A stretch of DNA of 63,790 bases, the filler included, from Octopus bimaculoides (Eukaryota): assembly GCF_001194135.2 (NCBI RefSeq). It is 6 parts of 6 records of this genome, joined end to end, with 100 filler letters (N's around TTAATTAATTAA, not from the genome) between each part and the next. Parts side by side here need not be neighbours in the genome. Positions count along the whole stretch, not along the records: positions 60,978 to 63,790 come from NC_068983.1; 5 more parts are not named here. One strand, 5' to 3'. A program made the translations under genes and the position numbers. Of this stretch, positions 61,207 to 63,790 are shown piece after piece; positions within the stretch are counted from its first letter, which is position 1, and every line of letters starts with the position of its first letter. The notes beneath the pieces were generated by a model, which had not been told where the DNA came from, made no database searches, and saw only the letters and a program-made list of their open reading frames with translations.

Positions 61207-61545
61207 AATAATAATAATAATAATAATGGTTTCAAATTTTGCCACAAGAGCAGCAATTTGTGGGGAGATGAGTCGATTGCATCGACCCCTTGTGTTCAAC
61301 TGGTACTTATTTTATCGACCCCTAAAGGATGAAAGGTAAAGTCTTGGTGGAATCTGAACTCAGAATGTAGCGGCAGATGAAATACCGCTAAGCATTTTAC
61401 CCACCGTGCTAACGATTCTGCCAGCTCACCACAATAATAATAATAGTAATAGTAATAATAATAATGGCTTCAAATTTTGGCACAAGGCCAGGAATTTCAG
61501 GGGAGCGGGTAATAATAATAATAATGATGATCGTTTCAAATTTCG
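61207..61545 (-). mobile_element. SINE family B cluster interleaved with (AAT)n
   Basis: One full copy at about 61225-61410 plus tail fragments, each preceded by AATAATAAT. Confidence 0.85.
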
Positions 61546-61549
61546 GTAC

Positions 61550-61904
61550 AACAAATCCAACAAGTTTAGGGGACAGGTTCAGTTGATTATGTCAACTCCA
61601 GTACTTGACTGGTACTTTATTTCACAGACCCCCAAAAAGACAAAAAAGCAGAGTTGACTTAAGCAGAATTTGAAATCGGGATGTCAAGGAGAAATAGCAA
61701 AACATTTTGGTATTTCTTCAGCAGCAATGGTTCCTAACAAATCCAACAAGTTTAGGGGACAGGTTCAGTTGATTATGTCAACTCCAGTACTTGACTGGTA
61801 CTTTATTTCACAAAAAGCAGAGTTGACTTAAGCAGAATTTGAAATCGGGATGTCAAGTTGAAACAGCAAAACATTTTGGTATTTCTTCAGCAGCAATGGT
61901 TCCT
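61550..61904. repeat. Tandem duplication (186 bp + 169 bp) of an old SINE-B-containing segment
   Basis: AACAAATCCAACAAGTTTAGGGGACAGG...CAGCAATGGTTCCT twice; the second copy lacks about 17 bp. Confidence 0.92.
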
Positions 61905-62134
61905 ATTGAACAGGGTCAAGGCCAGTCATTTGTAAGGAAACGGGCAGAATAGGACCAATAAAAGTTGAAGGTCTGATATATTGACCTCCAATAATGTGTC
62001 ATTGTTATTGATAACTGTGATAATGAATACTATCAGGGACTGGCTGCCAGATGCATGGACCACAGACACCCATACACATATTGATTACAATGTAAACACT
62101 CAACACACACACAAACACACACACTATGTAAACA

Positions 62135-62376
62135 CAGGTGCAGGCATGGCTGTGTGATTAAAAAGTTTGCTTCGCAACCACATGGTTCTGGGTTCAGTCC
62201 CACTGCATGGCACCTTAGGTAAATATTTTGGTCCAGGCCAACCGAAAAAGCCTCGAGAGTGGATTTGTAGACGGAAACTGAAAGAAACTCATTGCGTATG
62301 TGGTGTGTGCTTATAATATATAATGTATAACATAACAGATACTTTATTTTATTCCTTTCACCTTCCCCCCTCCCCC

Positions 62377-62414
<38 letters not shown>

Positions 62415-62712
62415 GGCACAGGAGTGGCTGTGTGGTAAGTAGCTTGCTTACGAACCACATGGAAACTGAAAGAAGCCCATCGTAATATATGTATATATAT
62501 ATATATATATGTGTGTGTATGTGTGTCTGTGTTTGTCCCCCCCAACATCGCTTGGTGTGTTTACATCCCCTTAACTTAGCAGTTCAGCATAAGTGACCGA
62601 CAGAATAAGTACTAGGCTAACAAAGAATAACTCCTGGGTTCAATTTGCTTGACTAAAGGCAGTGCTCCAGCATGGCCGCAGTCAAACGACTGAAACAAGT
62701 TAAAGAACAAAA
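62135..62712 (+). mobile_element. Two SINE family A copies (a 5' half, and an internally deleted full copy)
   Basis: Heads GGTGCAGGCATGGCTGTGTG at about 62138 and GGCACAGGAGTGGCTGTGTGG at about 62416; tail GGCCGCAGTCAAACGACTGAAACAAGT. Confidence 0.88.
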
Positions 62713-63398
62713 GAAAAGGAATAGAATATATACTCTTCGAAATGCCTGTGTTAAAATGGGGGCAGCTGATGATGGAAAATGTTCTCTATGTGGACTGTGT
62801 GTTTTCTGTACTCTGGTTATTATTATTTTTTTGTCTACGTTTTGTTTGCAATGTCCTGTACCCAGATATGCACCTATATATACAGGTAGACGTAGGTATG
62901 CGCATACCTGTACGTATATATACATATGTATATATATCCACATGTACACATGGAGACACCCCAAGTGAATGACCGTACCAAGAGGAGATATCTCAGTGTG
63001 TATAAATAAAATGCATACATAAATAAATATGATGACACACAGACACTACTACTACTGCTGGCACCCCCAGCCCACCAGCACTGCCACCCCTACCTGGCCT
63101 CCCTCTAACAAACTCCATTCACTAATTAACAATAAAAAAAAGTCACCATTTTCAAGGATGACTCATCAGCTAACTTGAACACACAGGACACTGTGTCAGT
63201 CTGTGTGTCTATAGATGTGAGGAGAGGGGCAACTATAAAAGGTTGTGGGGTGGTGGTTGTGGTGGAAGCTGTAAAGACAGCAATTTGCAAAGGGAAGAGA
63301 AGAAGCCAATGACAACTCAATGTGGTCACTTGAATGCTAGAAATAGCAGCCAATTAACCTTCCTGCTGTAACTTGTTTAAATGTTAGATACTTTAGAT

Positions 63399-63673
63399 CA
63401 GGGGTTTTCAAACTGTGGTCCACGGACCACAGGGGGTCCGTGGATAGCAAATACTTTTTATGGGCAATTTGATTTTATATATGGTTTTTAATCGAAATCT
63501 TTTAATTGACAATAAACCTATTTGTTAAATACTGTTAAATAAATAAATGTAAAAATATATGTTATTTTAAGCAAATATTTATGTATAAATTTCATAAGCG
63601 TTTATAAGGGGGTCCCTAAGGTAAAGCCTGAAATATAAAGGGGTCCGCAAGTCAAAAAGTTTGGAAACCCCTG
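63399..63673. mobile_element. Non-autonomous hAT (Charlie/Buster-type) element, 275 bp
   Basis: CTTTAGAT|CAGGGGTTTTCAAACT ... AGTTTGGAAACCCCTG|CTTTAGAT: 16-bp inverted repeats with 1 mismatch and a perfect 8-bp TSD with central TA. Confidence 0.95.
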
Positions 63674-63790
63674 CTTTAGATAATGTAGTCCTAGATACAC
63701 AATGTCTGAATAAAAGACAGGATGGTCACAGCTGGAACATCTTTGATCATAGGTCTGTCTGGATCAGGACTGACCTGGGGCTAAACAACT

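Overview
AT-rich, repeat-saturated animal DNA. The SINE, LINE and microsatellite landscape points to an octopod cephalopod draft assembly (inference). It is not one continuous locus: five identical 100-nt linkers (44 N + TTAATTAATTAA + 44 N) split it into six pieces (1-23183, 23284-30995, 31096-41887, 41988-46809, 46910-60877, 60978-63790), and there are many ordinary N gaps. Two host coding exons are well supported, and the ORF track misses both. One is the last exon of a STYXL1/MK-STYX-like dual-specificity (pseudo)phosphatase (1733-1867, +). The other is the first coding exon of PI4KA (6408-6500, +). The rest is mostly mobile DNA: three modular tRNA-derived SINE families; fragments of RTE, CR1-like and R4/Dong-type (restriction-like endonuclease) non-LTR elements; mariner, Tc1, maT, hAT and piggyBac derivatives, several with intact target-site duplications (TSDs); probable Penelope-type inverted-repeat clusters; telomere-like repeats; and microsatellites. 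Almost all ORF-track entries are microsatellite or gap artefacts. I found no intact novel multi-gene system. The most interesting structures are a two-right-end fold-back mariner in the STYXL1 last intron, SINE module shuffling, stacked long hairpins and a (CCCTAA)/(TTAGGG) hairpin. Family names and homologies come from recalled sequence knowledge, not database searches.
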